A stretch of 32,000 nucleotides of DNA from Synechococcus sp. A15-28 (GTDB lineage Bacteria > Cyanobacteriota > Cyanobacteriia > PCC-6307 > Cyanobiaceae). Location of the stretch: positions 870,001-902,000 of the forward strand of contig NZ_CP047931.1 in the NCBI RefSeq assembly GCF_014280175.1, in the 5' to 3' direction. A program made the translations under genes and the position numbers. Positions 7,739-15,693 of the stretch are shown piece after piece. Numbering within the stretch: the stretch's first letter is position 1; the number at the start of each line of letters is the position of its first letter. The notes beneath the pieces are model-generated. The model was not told the origin of the DNA, ran no database searches, and worked only from the letters and a program-made list of their open reading frames with translations.

Positions 7739-8452
7739 GTGAACATCCTGCTGCTGCGCCCAGGGGACAACTGGCTTGATGCGACCACGGTGCACATTAC
7801 TGATCACAGGGCTGATCACCTCCGCCAGGTGTTGCGATCAGTTGTGGGGGAGTTGATCCGGGTCGGCGTTGTGGGGGGGCAGCGGGGTGATGCACGGATC
7901 CAAGCGATCGATGCCACCGGCGTGACCCTCAGGGTTGCACTCAACGAACCGCCCCCGCCACGGCACCGATTCGACATCGTCCTGGCCCTACCGCGCCCGA
8001 AGATGCTGCGCCGGATCCTGCGCACCGTGGCGGAATACGGGGTTTGCAACCTCTTCCTGATCAACAGCGCCCGGGTGGAGAAGAGCTTCTGGCAAACCCC
8101 GCTTCTGTCGACCGACAAGGTGGAGGAGGCCCTGATGGCGGGGATGGAGCGGGCCCGGGACACCGTGGCGCCGGTGGTCCATCAGCACCGGTTGTTTCGC
8201 CCTTTTGTGGAGGATCAACTGTCGACGATCTGCGCCGGTCGCCCCTGCTGGCTGGCGGAGATGGGATCAGCCCTGGCCCTTTCAGCGACCCCCGCCGTAC
8301 CGGCGGTGGTGATGATCGGTCCGGAGGGAGGCTTTGTTCCCTTCGAATTGGAGTTGGCCCAGTCGGTGATCGCGCAGCCGGTGCATCTGGGCACTCGGGT
8401 GCTCAGTGTGGATACGGCATTGACGGCCGCATTGGCGCTGGGTTGGCGATGA
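7739..8452 (+). CDS. rsmE: 16S rRNA (uracil1498-N3)-methyltransferase, RsmE family
   Basis: 237 aa with a PUA-like N-terminal part and a SPOUT C-terminal part carrying IGPEGGF...E motifs typical of RsmE. GTG start. Confidence 0.8.
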   Translation: MNILLLRPGDNWLDATTVHITDHRADHLRQVLRSVVGELIRVGVVGGQRGDARIQAIDATGVTLRVALNEPPPPRHRFDIVLALPRPKMLRRILRTVAEYGVCNLFLINSARVEKSFWQTPLLSTDKVEEALMAGMERARDTVAPVVHQHRLFRPFVEDQLSTICAGRPCWLAEMGSALALSATPAVPAVVMIGPEGGFVPFELELAQSVIAQPVHLGTRVLSVDTALTAALALGWR

Positions 8453-8796
8453 TGGATGGCAACGTCAACACTGCATCGATGGGTGAGATGAACGACCAGG
8501 CCGGACTGGAGGCGTTGGTGGCAGATCTGGGCAGCGGCAATGTGATCGATGCCGAGCTGCTGGAGGGTTGTTCGGTAGAGGCCCATGAGCTGGATGAGAT
8601 GGGACCCGAGGAGGCCGCCCAGGTCGCTGCCCACTGTTTTGCCACCTTGTTTGGCCAGACCGTGGAGTCCGCTCAAGGCAGCGAGGCCGATGCGGATGCA
8701 GGCCGCTGGGCCGGAACGCTGGACGGCTTTGGGTTCGTGATAAGCCGGGATGACCTGGGGGACCTGGTGCTGGACTTCAGCGGGCCGGCGTCCTGA
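8449..8796 (+). CDS. Small acidic hypothetical protein
   Basis: ATG at 8449 overlaps the rsmE stop (ATGATGG). The 115-aa product is strongly acidic (MMDGNVNTASMGEMNDQAGLEALVADLG...). The upstream part of ORF 8044..8796 is an alternative frame of rsmE and was discarded. Confidence 0.5.
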   Translation: MMDGNVNTASMGEMNDQAGLEALVADLGSGNVIDAELLEGCSVEAHELDEMGPEEAAQVAAHCFATLFGQTVESAQGSEADADAGRWAGTLDGFGFVISRDDLGDLVLDFSGPAS

Positions 8797-9058
8797 TCAG
8801 CAGCACGAGTCCGGAGACGGTCACCACGACGGTGAGCCCCCCGAGGATCACCGAATAAATCGGTTGAAGGTTGATCGGCCCGAAGTCTCCGGTGTGGATC
8901 TTCAGCAGCCAGAAGGCATCGATGTCATTCTCCAGGAGCAAGCTGTAAAGGGAACCGGTTCCAGCCGTCAGCAACAGCGGTGCTGCAGCGATCGGCACCA
9001 GCCAGCGGTGCAGGCGTCTAGCCTGGCGCTGTTGATTGCGGTTGGGCTGCCTCGTCAT
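8777..9058 (-). CDS. Small membrane protein (two hydrophobic segments)
   Basis: 93-aa ORF with a basic N-terminus and two TM-like segments (WLVPIAAAPLLLTAGTG and VILGGLTVVVTVSGLVLLI). Its start overlaps the stop of the upstream (9055..9264) gene by 4 nt. Confidence 0.5.
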   Translation of the reverse strand: MTRQPNRNQQRQARRLHRWLVPIAAAPLLLTAGTGSLYSLLLENDIDAFWLLKIHTGDFGPINLQPIYSVILGGLTVVVTVSGLVLLIRTPAR

Positions 9059-9264
9059 TGCTTGCGCATCTGCTGATGCAACTCCCGTTCATCGGAGCAG
9101 GGCATCCAACGACCGTTGTTCTGGTGAACCGTGGAGCAACCGATCTCCACCGCGCGGCTCATGGCCTCGGCTTCGTTTTCGTACATCCCCTTGCGATGGG
9201 CCTGAGCCCAACCGCTGTAGAGAAGGGATGTGCCAAGCAGCGCGAAGAGAGCGAACCGATGCAT
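9055..9264 (-). CDS. Small secreted protein with a DUF3721-like motif
   Basis: The internal ATG at 9264 gives MHRFALFALLGTSLLYSGWAQA| as a signal peptide. The mature part contains GCSTVHQNNGRWMPC, which resembles the G-C-x-G-x-H-x-x-G-x-x-W-M-P motif of small marine-cyanobacterial DUF3721 proteins. Confidence 0.55.
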   Translation of the reverse strand: MHRFALFALLGTSLLYSGWAQAHRKGMYENEAEAMSRAVEIGCSTVHQNNGRWMPCSDERELHQQMRKQ

Positions 9265-9280
9265 TGAACCGGACCCTGGA

Positions 9281-9538
9281 TCAACGGCCTTCGCAGTGCC
9301 GGAAAGCCTTGAGTTCGTTGATTCTGCCAGGTCCCTGCTGGCTGCCGGGATTAATGGCATCACGCATCTGGATCTGCGCATCGACGCAACGGTTGAAGCG
9401 GTGATGTCTGACCGCCTGAGGAATGAGCAGCAGCGCCATGGCGAACAGGCTCAGGCTGCTGAAAGCAGCCAGCACGGGGTAGGCGTGGGCTCGCACCATC
9501 TCCCGGGCGGAAAGGGACTGATTGATGTGGTCGGTCAT
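9281..9538 (-). CDS. Hypothetical membrane-anchored protein
   Basis: ORF 9281..9550 with a likely ATG at 9538 and one TM-like segment (YPVLAAFSSLSLFAMALLLIP). No family recognised. Confidence 0.35.
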   Translation of the reverse strand: MTDHINQSLSAREMVRAHAYPVLAAFSSLSLFAMALLLIPQAVRHHRFNRCVDAQIQMRDAINPGSQQGPGRINELKAFRHCEGR

Positions 9539-9636
9539 GACCTGGCACATTGCTTAGTCATTCTGGAGTGATGCTGATTGAGCCTTGCGTGGCCGGTAGC
9601 TTGTGGAGCCGATCCGAGCCCAGGGCCACACACCAC

Positions 9637-9791
9637 GTGGTGAGCCAATCCCGTTCTGCGAATCCTGCCGACCAACGCTGGGGTTTCTGGCCGCTGCTGC
9701 CACTTAGCTCTTAGTTGCAGGAACAGTTCTGAAGGGCTTGTCCCTGAGTTGTCCCAAGTTTTTTGTGCAACTGGGCCGATTTGTGGCCAAG
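9637..9791 (+). repeat. att-like unit A1: degenerate 5' fragment of the DUF4336-like gene + 26-nt core + conserved arm
   Basis: 9660-9701 aligns to 21210-21251. The core CGCTGGGGTTTCTGGCCGCTGCTGCC is identical at 9676-9701, 13515-13540 and 21226-21251. After the core it continues ACTTAGCT...GTCCCTGAGTTGTCCC...TTTTTTGTGCAACTGG, which matches 13541-13613 with about 10 mismatches in about 73 nt by eye. Confidence 0.85.
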
Positions 9792-9872
9792 CGAGCCTCA
9801 GCACTGCTGACCGATCTCCTGATCCTGCTTTTGAGTTAGGTGGAGCTGTTTTTTTGTCGTGGCTGTCGAATT

Positions 9873-10054
9873 ATCCCTGCCTTGATCCATTCTACCTCTG
9901 AATCACTGCATCGATAGTGAACGTTGTTGCTGGTAAGTAAGAATCCTGGAGATCAATGCTGATGTTTCTTGGCGTTGCTACTAATTAATTGTATTCACTA
10001 ATAGACAGCTTGAGATTCTTGTGCCTGATGTGTTTCTTTCGTTCTGTGTGCCTG
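9873..10054 (+). repeat. att-like unit A2: strongly decayed, AT-enriched copy of gene upstream region + 5' end + arm
   Basis: TCCCTGCCTTGATCCATTCTACCTCTGAATCACTGCATCGATAGTGAACGTTGTTGCTGG... aligns with 21141-21200 (ACCCTGACCTGATCCATTCCTCTGCAGAATCGCTGCATTGATGGTGAGCGTGGTGGCTGG...). GAATCCTGGAGATCAATGCTGATGTTTCTTGGCGTTGCT aligns with GAATCCTGCGGATCAGCGCTGGGGTTTCTGGCCGCTGCT. The following ACTAATTA...TCTTGTGCCTGATGTGTTTC...TGTGTGCCTG is a degenerate arm. Confidence 0.65.
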
Positions 10055-10327
10055 TTTAATTCATGATGAAGCTCGACAGGATGGCCTTATATGAGTTTAC
10101 GACTCTCTTGAGCTAGCAAAGAAATTAATGGTTGCACAGTAAATTCTGCTTTTCTTAGGCTCAAGTTGATATTTGGGATTCAAATTAATTATGTCTTTCA
10201 GACTTCCAACTATCTGTGGATCTTTCAATAAATTGCAGGCTCGGCTTTGCGGGCAGCCAGTGGCTTCGGCAAAGCAGTCACTACCACCCTCGTTTCTTCT
10301 AGCTTTGTTGCAGGAAAGGTTCTACAC

Positions 10328-11044
10328 ATGTCTTCTGGCTGGACCTCGATGCAACGTGATCGGCAGCCCGAAGTCATGGACCAGCCGGGGCTCGATCCAG
10401 CCGAGCACGACCGAGCCCTTCAAGGTCTTCGTCGTATCAACGGAATCAGTCGCTGTGTGCCAGGGCTGTTTCGTCACGTAGAGGCGCTCGCAGGTGAGAG
10501 TCCAGCCACTCAGCTGAGCGTGCTTGAGCTGGCTTGCGGAGGTGGCGATACGGCGATTGAGCTTGCTGCGCTTGCCCGTAGACGCGATTTGGATGTATTG
10601 GTTCAAGCCTGCGATCTGAATCCTGAAGCGGTGCGTCTCGCCCGCCGCAATGTGGCCAGATCAGACAGCAACGTTGGTGTGTTTGTTGCTGATGCTTTGG
10701 ACCCGTCTGAATCCAAACAATTTGACGTGGTGTACTGCACCCTTTTTGTTCACCATCTCGATCCACCCGATGTGGTGCGCCTACTCAAAGGGATGACAGC
10801 TAGGGCTCGTCGACTTGTGATTGTCGATGATCTAATTCGCAGCCGTCTTGGGTATTCCTTGGCTTGGATGGGTACACGACTGCTGAGTCGATCCTGGGTG
10901 GTTCATCACGATGGTCCACTGTCGGTGAAGGGAGCTTTTACTCCTTCAGAGATCCTGGACCTCGCCTCTCAAGCTGGATTGCACGATTGTGTCTTGGAAC
11001 GGACCTGGCCCGAGCGCTACCGGCTCTGCTGGAGACCCCACTGA
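10328..11044 (+). CDS. Class I SAM-dependent methyltransferase
   Basis: SAM motif I VLELACGGGD and an acidic loop after beta-2 (ACDLN). ATG at 10328 is preferred over the ORF-track start at 10247. The next gene starts 2 nt after its stop. Confidence 0.8.
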   Translation: MSSGWTSMQRDRQPEVMDQPGLDPAEHDRALQGLRRINGISRCVPGLFRHVEALAGESPATQLSVLELACGGGDTAIELAALARRRDLDVLVQACDLNPEAVRLARRNVARSDSNVGVFVADALDPSESKQFDVVYCTLFVHHLDPPDVVRLLKGMTARARRLVIVDDLIRSRLGYSLAWMGTRLLSRSWVVHHDGPLSVKGAFTPSEILDLASQAGLHDCVLERTWPERYRLCWRPH

Positions 11045-11045
11045 C

Positions 11046-12191
11046 ATGCAAAGCAATTGGGATGTAATCGTGATAGGGGCAGGAGTTGCCGGAGGCTTGG
11101 CAGCCTTCGATTGTGCAAATCGCGGCCTGCGAGTTCTGCTCGTCGAAAAACGGTCCTTCCCTCGCTGGAAGGTGTGTGGTTGCTGCTTTAACGCCAATGC
11201 CTTGGCAGCTCTGACTGCCACAGGCCTCCCGAACTTCTTTGATGATCAGGGTGCCGTGCCCCTCGATCAACTTCGTCTTGGTTGGGGTGGCAAGTCGCTC
11301 AAGCTTGAGTTGCCAGGCGGTTGGGCACTTTCGCGGGAGCGCTTCGATCAGGCTTTGGTCAACGCGGCTGAGGCTGCTGGTGCAACAGTGCGCTTTCAAA
11401 CCGGTGCCGTGCTTGAGGAGATCACTCCCGATGGGCGAATGGTGCGATTACGACCGCCGGGTGATGCTCCCATTGAACGGATCAGGGCCCGTGTGGTTCT
11501 CGTTGCAGCCGGACTGCAGCACCAGGTGATGTCCCCCTCCCATGCGGCCAGCTCGAGGAGCACCCCGGAATCGAGGCTTGGGGCAGGCTGCCTCATCAAT
11601 GATGACGACGGCTCCTACGAGTCAGGGGCGATTCATATGGCCATTGGCCAGCGTGGCTATGTCGGCTTGGTTCGACGTGAGGACTGTGCTCTCAACCTGG
11701 CGGCCGCTTTCGACCGCGCTGTGGTCAAGTCGTCTGGCGGTGTGGCGCGTGCGGCACAACTTGTTCTGACTCAAGCCGGCTTCACTTTGCCTCGAAGATT
11801 GGAGTCGTCTCGTTGGCAATTAACTCCTGCGCTCACCCGTCGTGCTGGTTTGTTCGCTGGGGATCGCTTTTTGTTGCTTGGCGACGCGACCGGTTATGTG
11901 GAACCGTTTACCGGTGAGGGTATGGCGTGGGCTCTCGCCGCTGGGGCGGCGGTTGCTCCATTTGTGGAGGAGGCTCAGGGTGAATGGTCAGCGGATCTCG
12001 AGCGTCGCTGGCAAAGGAGGTTGGTGGATCTGACGATCAGCCGTCAACGGGTTTGCAGTGTGTTGTCGACGTTGTTACGACAACCGCTCACCACAAATGT
12101 GTTGTTCAACCTTGGGTGCCAATGGCCTGCGATCCCGCAGCGCATTATTCGCAGCCTCAACCGGGTATCTCCTCTGATGGCGAGTTCCTAA
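11046..12191 (+). CDS. FAD-dependent oxidoreductase/hydroxylase (geranylgeranyl-reductase / UbiH-like family)
   Basis: ATG at 11046 gives MQSNWDVIVIGAGVAGGLAAFDCANRGLRVLLVEKR (GxGxxG plus acidic end of beta-2). A later GDATGYVEPFTGEGM motif (GD-x6-P-x-x-G-x-G) is typical of flavoprotein hydroxylases. Confidence 0.8.
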   Translation: MQSNWDVIVIGAGVAGGLAAFDCANRGLRVLLVEKRSFPRWKVCGCCFNANALAALTATGLPNFFDDQGAVPLDQLRLGWGGKSLKLELPGGWALSRERFDQALVNAAEAAGATVRFQTGAVLEEITPDGRMVRLRPPGDAPIERIRARVVLVAAGLQHQVMSPSHAASSRSTPESRLGAGCLINDDDGSYESGAIHMAIGQRGYVGLVRREDCALNLAAAFDRAVVKSSGGVARAAQLVLTQAGFTLPRRLESSRWQLTPALTRRAGLFAGDRFLLLGDATGYVEPFTGEGMAWALAAGAAVAPFVEEAQGEWSADLERRWQRRLVDLTISRQRVCSVLSTLLRQPLTTNVLFNLGCQWPAIPQRIIRSLNRVSPLMASS

Positions 12192-12194
12192 ACC

Positions 12195-13283
12195 ATGCCT
12201 CTCATCCTTCATGGCATTGGTACGGCGGTGCCATCTCGGCGACTGAGCCAGGCAGATGCCGTGCAGGTGGCACATCGCATTAATGCCGAAACCCCTGAGC
12301 AGGTAAGGCTGATGACACGCATCTATCAGAAAACCAAGGTGCTCAGCCGTGGAAGTGTGCTGCTGGAGAAGGATGGAGACGATGGCGCGATCCAGGAGCG
12401 TCTCAGTTTCTACGGCGAAGAAAGCCCTGGTACCGCCGAACGGATGCAGGCGTTTGAGGATCATGCCGGTGAGCTGGCTCTTGAGGCCGCTGCAAAGGCG
12501 CTAAGCGATAGCGATATCTCAGCCACGGCGATCACGCATCTCGTCACTGTCAGTTGCACCGGTTTTCAGTCACCAGGTGTTGACCTTTTCTTGATTGAAA
12601 AGCTTGATCTATCGCCGAGTGTTCAGCGAACCCATATCGGATTCATGGGATGCCACGCTGCGCTGAATGGCTTGCGTGTTGCCCACGCCTTTGCGGAGAT
12701 GGATCCCAAGGCTGTTGTTCTGCTGTGCGCTGTAGAGCTTTGCAGCCTCCATATGGCTTATGGCTGGCACCCAGAGCAGGTTGTTGCCAACGCTTTGTTT
12801 GCCGATGGGGCGGCTGCCGTTGTCGCCTCCGTCAATCCTGTCCCTACCCATCAGACCTTGGCGTTGCGACGCAGTGGCTCGATGGTGATTCCAAACAGCT
12901 CAGATCTGATGCACTGGGAGATTGGCGACCATGGTTTTGCGATGGGCTTGTCGCCCCTTGTTCCGGAAACGGTTGGCGCTGCCTTGTTGCCCTGGTTGCG
13001 AGATTGGCTCAAAGAGCAGGCCATTGATCTTGAGGCGGTGACGAGCTGGGCTGTTCATCCAGGGGGCCCCAAGATTCTCTCGACCTGTGCCGAGGTTTTG
13101 TCGCTGGACCCAGGCCTACTGCACGAGTCCAGAGGCATACTTCAGGATCACGGCAACATGTCATCCGCAACGATTCTGTTCATCCTTGAACGGTTGAGGC
13201 GGCGGGAATGTTCCGGTCCTTGTCTTGCACTTGCCTTTGGCCCTGGGCTGAGTGCTGAGGTAGCACTTTTTGATTTTCAATAA
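12195..13283 (+). CDS. Type III polyketide synthase (chalcone/stilbene synthase superfamily)
   Basis: Catalytic Cys in VSCTGFQSPG, His in WAVHPGGPKIL and Asn in HGNMSSATILF. 362 aa. It starts 3 nt after the oxidoreductase stop. Confidence 0.9.
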   Translation: MPLILHGIGTAVPSRRLSQADAVQVAHRINAETPEQVRLMTRIYQKTKVLSRGSVLLEKDGDDGAIQERLSFYGEESPGTAERMQAFEDHAGELALEAAAKALSDSDISATAITHLVTVSCTGFQSPGVDLFLIEKLDLSPSVQRTHIGFMGCHAALNGLRVAHAFAEMDPKAVVLLCAVELCSLHMAYGWHPEQVVANALFADGAAAVVASVNPVPTHQTLALRRSGSMVIPNSSDLMHWEIGDHGFAMGLSPLVPETVGAALLPWLRDWLKEQAIDLEAVTSWAVHPGGPKILSTCAEVLSLDPGLLHESRGILQDHGNMSSATILFILERLRRRECSGPCLALAFGPGLSAEVALFDFQ

Positions 13284-13452
13284 CAGTCAATCTTCGTTTT
13301 GCCTGTTTCACTGCCTGAGGAATTAATACCGCATCTGAACATCTCTGTCTGATCAGATGATGTTGCTCGGCGATGTCACACCCGGGTAACCCTAAGGCGT
13401 CAGTGGCGTAAATCTTTTCAATGATTTTGTGCTGCCTTGCCCCTTTCCTTCA

Positions 13453-13632
13453 GCAGAATCACTGCATTGATGGGGAGCATGGTGGCCGGAGCTGGGGTGA
13501 ATCCTGCAGATCAGCGCTGGGGTTTCTGGCCGCTGCTGCCACTTAGCTATCAGTTGCGGCAACAGGTCTGAGAGGTTTGTCCCTGAGTTGTCCCTCGTTT
13601 TTTGTGCAACTGGTGCTGATGTTGTGCAACTG
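13453..13632 (+). repeat. att-like unit B: well-preserved copy of gene upstream region + first 24 codons + core + conserved arm
   Basis: 13453-13540 aligns with 21164-21251 with about 6 mismatches in 88 nt. It diverges exactly after ...CTGCTGCC into the arm shared with unit A1. The arm contains a direct repeat of TGTGCAACTG (13603-13612 and 13623-13632). Confidence 0.9.
13470..13571 (+). pseudogene. Truncated 5' fragment of the DUF4336-like gene
   Basis: It translates MGSMVAGAGVNPADQRWGFWPLLP (compare MVSVVAGAGVNPADQRWGFWPLLP at 21181), then reads into arm sequence and stops at 13569-13571. Confidence 0.8.
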
Positions 13633-13707
13633 AGGCCTTTGTGGTTTTTGAAGCTGCCTTGTCAATCGTTTCCGATTGATTGGCTCTGATCAGTTGAGTC
13701 CCAGGTT

Positions 13708-15015
13708 CTAAGACCCCAGGATTGCTGTGCATTCCAGGCGTTCTTGGCAGGCATCACGGCGTTGTAAACGCAGATTGATCACTTGGGCGAGATAACGAGC
13801 ATCGTCGCTGACGCCGCAGAAGCGCCCAGACCCCCAGGTGTGCAGCCAAGGCAAGCCAATGAAATACAGCCCAGCGCTTTGGGTAACGCCGCGATCATGG
13901 GCCGGTAAACCACTCCCATCAAAAACGGGCGCCTCAATCCAGCTGAAGTTACTTCGGTAACCCGTGCACCAGATCACTGCGGCGAGCGGCTGTGAGCTCA
14001 GATCAATTCCTGGATCTTCGATGGGAGACGGCTGCCAACAGGGGGAATACGCCGGTTCGACTGGTGCATCGATCTCTTCCTGTTCGATCCAGCTGTCAAT
14101 GCTGGTGCGGATGCGGCAGTACACCGCATCGGCTTGATCAAGATTGTTGGCCAGGTCATCTGCGAAACCAACGTGTTCGCGGGAGAGGGTCAAGAGTCGG
14201 CCATGCAAATGCATGCCTTCCATCGCCCGTCGACGCAGATCAATCTCACGACCGCCGTCTCGGCCAGTGAGGTAGTGATTGGTCTTGGCTCGGACCGAGC
14301 GGGGATCCGCGTGATCGCTGATCGGCATGGCGTAGTAGCCCATGCGATCCAACCAATCCACAACGTCTTTGCCGCGATAGCGGCGTGGAGATCGTGGCGC
14401 TCGACCCACGCTCAGATGCACGGAACGACCTGCCAGGTGGAGATCTTCAGCGATCTGACTGCCGGATTGGCCATTGCCGACGACCAGCACTGGACCATCG
14501 GGGAGTGCCTCGGGATTGCGGTAGGACCGAGCATCCAGTTGCTGCACAGATGCTGGTAGGCGTTCGGCGTATGGATGACGTCGGGGGATGTGATAGCCCC
14601 CAGTGGCAACGATGACGTGTTCGGCCTCAATGACTCCCTCACTGGTGTCGAGGCGATACCCGTTCACAATGGGCTTCAACCGCGAGACGGCCACGCCCTC
14701 GCGAAGGTCGGCATTGACATGCTGAGCGAAGCGCTGGAGATAGTCCACAATCGACGACTTGCCCATGAAGCCTTCGGGCTGATCACCGTTGTAGGGAAAG
14801 TCGGGCAGACGGCATTGCCAGTTCGGTGTGACGAGGCAGAAGGAATCCCAGCGCTGTTGGTCCCAGGCGTACGCCACACGATTCTTCTCAAGAACGAGGG
14901 GTCGTATGCCTTGTTGCTGCAAGGCATAGGCAGCAGAAAGACCCGCCTGACCAGCACCAATGACCACTGCCGAACGTCGCTGGATTGACGTGTTGATTTG
15001 CGCGACCACTTGCAA
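13708..15015 (-). CDS. Flavin-dependent monooxygenase/oxidoreductase, MSMEG_0569-like (Nit1C cluster member)
   Basis: Two dinucleotide-binding motifs (VVIGAGQAGLSAA and VVGNGQSGSQIA), as in FMO/class B-like flavoproteins. TTG start. It is divergent from the rest of the cluster. Confidence 0.85.
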   Translation of the reverse strand: MQVVAQINTSIQRRSAVVIGAGQAGLSAAYALQQQGIRPLVLEKNRVAYAWDQQRWDSFCLVTPNWQCRLPDFPYNGDQPEGFMGKSSIVDYLQRFAQHVNADLREGVAVSRLKPIVNGYRLDTSEGVIEAEHVIVATGGYHIPRRHPYAERLPASVQQLDARSYRNPEALPDGPVLVVGNGQSGSQIAEDLHLAGRSVHLSVGRAPRSPRRYRGKDVVDWLDRMGYYAMPISDHADPRSVRAKTNHYLTGRDGGREIDLRRRAMEGMHLHGRLLTLSREHVGFADDLANNLDQADAVYCRIRTSIDSWIEQEEIDAPVEPAYSPCWQPSPIEDPGIDLSSQPLAAVIWCTGYRSNFSWIEAPVFDGSGLPAHDRGVTQSAGLYFIGLPWLHTWGSGRFCGVSDDARYLAQVINLRLQRRDACQERLECTAILGS

Positions 15016-15188
15016 CGTCGACTTGCAAAAAACCTTTTAAAGGTATTGCTCGCTAAACGAACGATGCTGTAGTGAAAAGCACGGAATCGTCAATTGAGTG
15101 ATCTGCTGAATTCGTTGATTTGGTTGCAATAGGCACATCGCTGATCGCCGCAGAAGAGTCACGATTGAATAGCTTATAAAAAATTTAC

Positions 15189-15671
15189 ATGCCTGCCGTA
15201 GATCGTCCCGCCAATCAGCCTGGCGACTTCCTGGTTGACTACGAGGAAAAGGTTTTTCCTGATGTGAAAGCCGAGCCTGGTGAAAAGGCTCTTGTCACAT
15301 TTCATACCGTCGCTTTCGAGGGCTCGATTGGCCTGGTGAATTTGCTTCAAGCCAGTCGGCTGATCAACAAGGGCTTCGAAACCTCCGTTCTGCTCTATGG
15401 TCCAGGCGTGACATTGGGCGTGATGCGCGGCTTCCCTAAGCTTGGTGATGCGGCATTTGATGGTCACCTGAATTTCAATGCACGCCTGCAAAAATTCATG
15501 GATCAAGGAGGGAAAGTGTATGCCTGTCGCTTTGCTTTGCAGGCCTTGTATGGCCACGGTGAAAAAGCGTTGATGCCTGGAATCACTCCTGTGAATCCAC
15601 TTGATGTTCTCGATATTGTCTTGATGCACCGGAAGGAAGGCGCCTTCATTCTTGACACCTGGACGCTCTGA
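15189..15671 (+). CDS. MSMEG_0572/Sll0783-like protein (DsrE-like fold; Nit1C 'hypothetical 1')
   Basis: 160-aa protein immediately upstream of the nitrilase. Its sequence ([20 protein letters not shown]...VLLYGPGV...KVYACRFAL) fits the DsrE/DsrF-like small proteins that head Nit1C clusters. Confidence 0.7.
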   Translation: MPAVDRPANQPGDFLVDYEEKVFPDVKAEPGEKALVTFHTVAFEGSIGLVNLLQASRLINKGFETSVLLYGPGVTLGVMRGFPKLGDAAFDGHLNFNARLQKFMDQGGKVYACRFALQALYGHGEKALMPGITPVNPLDVLDIVLMHRKEGAFILDTWTL

Positions 15672-15693
15672 TTCTTTCCGGAGGCTCTCCACT

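Larger units (their letters stand above)
9980..13452 (+). mobile_element. Integrated island segment (remnant, no recombinase) carrying the type III PKS operon
   Basis: Bounded on the left by the core of unit A2 and on the right by unit B. GC is visibly lower than in the flanking core genes, with an AT-rich leader at 9980-10327. Confidence 0.5.

Noticed and set aside
9535-9804. ORFs 9535..9804 (-) and 13550..13732 (-) spanning the repeat units
   Set aside because: They run antisense through the att-like units and exist only because the repeat lacks stops on that strand. The two are similar to each other solely because the DNA is repeated, and there are no coding features.
10173-10481. ORF 10173..10481 (+) and the 10247 start of the methyltransferase ORF in the AT-rich leader
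   Set aside because: ORF 10173..10481 is out of frame with the methyltransferase and is mostly low-complexity. The N-terminal 27 residues from 10247 have no similarity to methyltransferase N-termini, so ATG 10328 was preferred. This remains uncertain.
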